A stretch of 64,000 nt of DNA from Macrostomum lignano. Taxonomy: Eukaryota. Both the position numbers and the translations under genes were made by a program. The stretch covers positions 186,001-250,000 of the forward strand of contig NIVC01000280.1 of NCBI GenBank assembly GCA_002269645.1, given 5' to 3'. The notes below the pieces were generated by a model. It saw only the letters and a list, made by a program, of their open reading frames with translations, made no database searches and was not told where the DNA came from. Positions 59,888 through 64,000 of the stretch are shown here, piece by piece; position 1 is the first letter of the stretch, and every line of letters begins with the position of its first letter.

Positions 59888-62800
59888 CTATTCGTCATCG
59901 TCGCCGTCCATCAGCGCCGCCGAGAAGGCCGCAGCAGCCGCGGCCACCACCGCGGAATCGCGCGCCCCGCCGTCGCCAGCCGTTGAAATGGTGCGCCGCT
60001 TGTTCCGGTCGTGCTGCAGGCCGCGGCGACGAGCTGCGCCACCGCTGCCACCGCCGCCGCCGCTGGTGCCGCCGCTGCTTGGCACGTACATCGAGCGCGA
60101 CATCAGCGAGGAGCCGGCAGCGGAGTCGCTGTCTTCCGCCCCGCTGCTGCCGCCGCCGCGGCCCTCGGGCCCGGAGAAGGCCGGCCCGCCGCCCAGGGTT
60201 GAAAAGCCTCGCGGAGAAGTCACCGACAAGCTTCTAAATTTGGAAACGGGTGGTAAAATATTGGGGAATCCAATCAGCCAGCATCAGTTGAAGGAGGCAG
60301 TCAACTAGACCCAACTAACCAATTTCACAATGCATCAATGGTTAATAAGTGCTCACAAGTCCGCCATGCTCTGGGCCCGCTCGATGGACTCAAGTTTGAA
60401 CTTCAACTCGTCATAATTCATGCTGATCTTGCTTTTGGCCTTGTTCTCCTGGTCCAGCCGCTTCACCAGCTGCTGGTAGCGATCGTGCAGGCTCCTGCGA
60501 GCGGCAGAGTCGGGTTGCTCAACTGCTGGCAGACCTGATGGCCTCTTCCGCCATGCACTAAGCCTACCCAGGCTCCTCTCATCTGATTCCAGACCCTCGC
60601 AGACCTCCCCCACCCTCTCCCAGGTCTTCCCCACCCTCTAACAGAACTCCCCGACCCTCTCCCACGCCTTCCCTACCATCGCCCAGAACTCCCCCACCCT
60701 CTCCCAGACCTTCACCACCCTCTCCCAGACCTTCCCCACCCTCTCCCAGGTCTTCCCCACCCTCTAACAGAACTCCCCACCCTCTCACACGCCTTCCCTA
60801 CCATCGCCCAGAACTCCCCCACCCTCTCCCAGACCTTCACCACCCTCTCCCAGACCTTCCCCACCCTCTCCCAGGTCTTCCCCACCCTCTAACAGAACTC
60901 CCCCACCCTCTCCCAGACCTTCACCACCCTCTCCCAGGTCTTCCCCACCCTCTAACAGAACTCCACCACCCTCTCCCAGGTCTTCCCCACCCTCTAACAG
61001 AACTCCCCCACCCTCTCACACGCCTTCCCTACCATCGCCCAGAACTCCCCCACCCTCTCCCAGACCTTCACCACCCTCTCCCAGACCTTCCCCACCCTCT
61101 CCCAGGTCTTCCCCACCCTCTAACAGAACTCCCCCACCCTCTCACACGCCTTCCCTACCATCGCCCAGAACTCCCCCACCCTCTCCCAGACCTTCACCAC
61201 CCTCTCCCAGACCTTCCCCACCCTCTCCCAGGTCTTCCCCACCCTCTAACAGAACTCCCCCACCCTCTCACACGCCTTCCCTACCATCGCCCAGAACTCC
61301 CCCACCCTCTCCCAGACCTTCCCCACCCTCTCCCAGACTTTCACCACCCTCTCCCAGACCTTCCCCACCCTCTTCCAGACCTTCCCCACTATCTGCATCT
61401 TCACCACCCTCGAGAGACTTCCCATCCTACCCTCCCTTCCCCATCCTACCCTCCCTTCCCCATCCTACCCTCCCTTCCCCATCCTACCCTCCCTTCCCCA
61501 TCCTACCCTCCCTTCCCCATCCTACCCTCCCTTCCCCATCCTATCCTACCCTCCCTTCCCCATCCTACCCTCCCTTCCCCATCCTACCCTCCCTTCCCAT
61601 CCTACCCTCCCTTCCCCATCCTACCCTCCCTTCCCCATCCTACCCTCCCTTCCCCATCCTACCCTCCCTTCCCCATCCTACCCTCCCTTCCCCATCCTAC
61701 CCTCCCTTCCCCATCCTACCCTCCCTTCCCCATCCTACCCTCCCTTCCCCATCCTACCCTCCCTTCCCCATCCTACCCTCCCTTCCCCATCCTACCCTCC
61801 CTTCCCCATCCTACCCTCCCTTCCCCATCCTACCCTCCCTTCCCCATCCTACCACCCCATTCCCCATCCTCACTTCTCATTCTCGGTCTTCTGCGCGACG
61901 ACGGCCTCCAGGTTCTCCAGCCGGCGCTGCAGCAGGGCGTTCCGCTCCCGCGTGTCCCGCAGTGCCTGCAGTTTCTCGTCCGATTCGGCGAGGCGGCGCC
62001 TCAAATCCGCCAGCTCGGCGTTGCGGAGCTCCAGCATCGAGCTCAGCGAGCTGATCTCGTCTGGCAGGTGGCGGCGAATCGACTGGGAGGGATGAGAGTG
62101 GGGATAATTATGGATTTGGTCAGGCTGGGAATCAGTTTGGTCAGGTTGGGGATCAGTTTGGTCAGGTTGGGAATCAGTTTGGTCAGGCTGGGGATCAGTT
62201 TGGTCAGGTTGAGGATCAGTTTGGTCAGGTTGGGAATCAGTTTGGTCAGGCTGGGAATCAGTTTGGTCAGGTTGGGGATAAGTTTGGTCAGGCTGGGGAT
62301 AAGTTTGGTCAGGCTGGGAATCAGTTTGGTCAGGCTGGGAATCAGTTTGGTCAGGCTGGGAATCAGTTTGGTCAGGCTGGGGATCAGTTTGGTCAGGCTG
62401 GGAATCAGTTTGGTCAGGCTGGGGATCAGTTTGGTCAGGCTGGGAATCAGTTTGGTCAGGCTGGGGATAAGTTTGGGGATCAGTTTGGTCAGGTTGGGGG
62501 ATCAGTTTGGTCAGGTTGGGAATCAGTTTGGTCAGGTTGGGGATAAGTTTGGTCAGGTTGGGGGATCAGTTTGGTCAGTTTGGGGATCAGTTTGGTCAGG
62601 TTGGGGATCAGTTTGGTCAGGCTGGGGATAAGTTTGGGGATCAGTTTGGTCAGGTTGGGGATCAGTTTGGTCAGGCTGGGGATAAGTTTGGGGATCAGTT
62701 TGGTCAGGTTGGGGATCAGTTTGGTCAGGCTGGGGATAAGTTTGGGGATCAGTTTGGTCAGGTTGGGAATCAGTTTGGTCAGGTTGGGAATCAGTTTGGT

Positions 62801-63957
62801 CAGGCTGGGAATCAGTTTGGTCAGGTTGGGGATCAGTTTGGTCAGGTTGGGGATCAGTTTGGTCAGGTTGGGAATCAGTTTGGTCAGGCTGGGAATCAGT
62901 TTGGTCAGGTTGGGAATCAGTTTGGTCAGGTTGGGAATCAGTTTGGTCAGGTTGGGAATCAGTTTGGTCAGGTTGGGGGATCAGTTTGGTCAGGTTGGGA
63001 ATCAGTTTGGTCAGGTTGGGAATCAGTTTGGTCAGGTTGGGGGATCAGTTTGGTCAGGTTGGGGGATCAGTTTGGTCAGGTTGGGAATCAGTTTGGTCAG
63101 GTTGGGGGATCAGTTTGGTCAGGCATGAAAATTCTGCTTAATTCTGCTTAAAAATCTGCTTTTTATATTACTGTAAGTAAAAATGATGGAACATTTTTGT
63201 TTCAGAAGAATGAAAATATTCAGACCTGCCCTGTGCTGTCCTCAGTCAGCGAGGCGAACTGCGCATGCAGCAGCTGCAGGTTGCCCGGCGACACGACTCG
63301 ATCGTCGTGCGACACGGTGGAGGACGGACTGGCGCACGCCTCGCCTGAGCTCGTTGAATTTGGCCGGAACGGCGACTCCCCGTCTGGCGACTGGGAAATG
63401 GGATTGCGGATTGGGATTTGAGGGAAGGGGCGAAATGGGTAACGGTATTTATTCTTGGTGGCGGCGTTGGAGACCTAAGGAAGGGAAATTGAGGATGGGG
63501 AAGTGGGGATGGGGAAGTGGGGATGGGGAAGTGGGGATGGGGAAGTGGGGATGGGGAAGTGGGGATGGGGAAGTGGGGATGGGGAAGTGGGGATGGGGAA
63601 GTGGGGATGCGGAAGTGGGGATGGGGAAGTGGGGATGGAAAAGTGGGGATGGGAAAGTGGGGATGGGAAAGTGGGGATGGGAAAGTGGGGATTGGGGAAG
63701 TAGGGATGGGGAAGTGGAGATGGGGAAGTGGGGATGGGGAAGTGGGGATGAGGAAGTGGGGATGGAAAATGTGGCGATGGGGAAGTGGGGATGGGGAAGT
63801 GGGGATGGGGAAGTGGGGATGGGGAAGTGAGGATGGGAAGTGGGGATGGGAAGTGGGGATATGGGAATGGCAAACAGACCTTGGCATCTGAGCTGTCGCT
63901 GAAGCCACTCCTTATCTTGAGCTCAGCGTAGGCGGCCTGCAAATCCTGCAGCTTTTT
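59888..63957 (-). CDS. MTUS/CCDC69/toucan-like coiled-coil protein, 3' part (exons 63957-63880, 63390-63226, 62082-61874, 60494-60357, 60233-59888)
   Basis: five in-frame exons; LPDEISSLSSMLELRNAELADLRR..ENKAKSKISMNYDELKFKL resembles the MTUS/toucan C-terminal coiled coil; gene starts beyond window end. Confidence 0.75.
60595..61400. repeat. 21-bp minisatellite with 126-bp hexameric higher-order unit
   Basis: TACCATCG landmark at 61030, 61156, 61282. Confidence 0.9.
61420..61870. repeat. minisatellite, 19 bp (CCCCATCCTACCCTCCCTT)
   Basis: direct inspection. Confidence 0.95.
62110..63125. repeat. minisatellite, 21 bp (TCAGTTTGGTCAGGTTGGGGA)
   Basis: direct inspection. Confidence 0.95.
63495..63860. 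repeat. minisatellite, 14 bp (GGGGATGGGGAAGT)
   Basis: direct inspection. Confidence 0.95.
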
Positions 63958-64000
63958 CTGAAAGAAGCAGATTAGTGACAGATTAGTGACAGATTAGTGA

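Overview
Eukaryotic (animal) genomic DNA with GC-rich exons and introns and spacers packed with minisatellites. The style suggests a flatworm such as Macrostomum (inference). Five protein-coding genes were reconstructed by hand from splice sites and reading frame. (1) unc-79, the NALCN channel complex subunit, on the minus strand: ATG 44223, 21 frame-consistent exons (1626 codons) continuing past the left edge, with one GC-AG intron and up to four candidate phase-1/1 cassette exons. (2) A head-to-head orphan gene of about 918 aa (45212-48086, +). (3) An N-acylated, globin X-like globin with the classic B12.2/G7.0 introns (50055-52975, +). (4) A claudin/PMP22-like 4-TM protein whose tail has 14-aa repeats (56652-54384, -). 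(5) The 3' end of an MTUS/toucan-like coiled-coil gene (-). Also present: a decayed THAP (P-element-like) fragment, a tRNA-derived SINE and a Helentron/DINE-like element. The dominant pattern is that almost every intron longer than ~230 nt carries its own unrelated minisatellite, some with higher-order repeats, polarity, donor-derived units or decoy acceptors. Most long ORFs in the supplied track are translations of these repeats.
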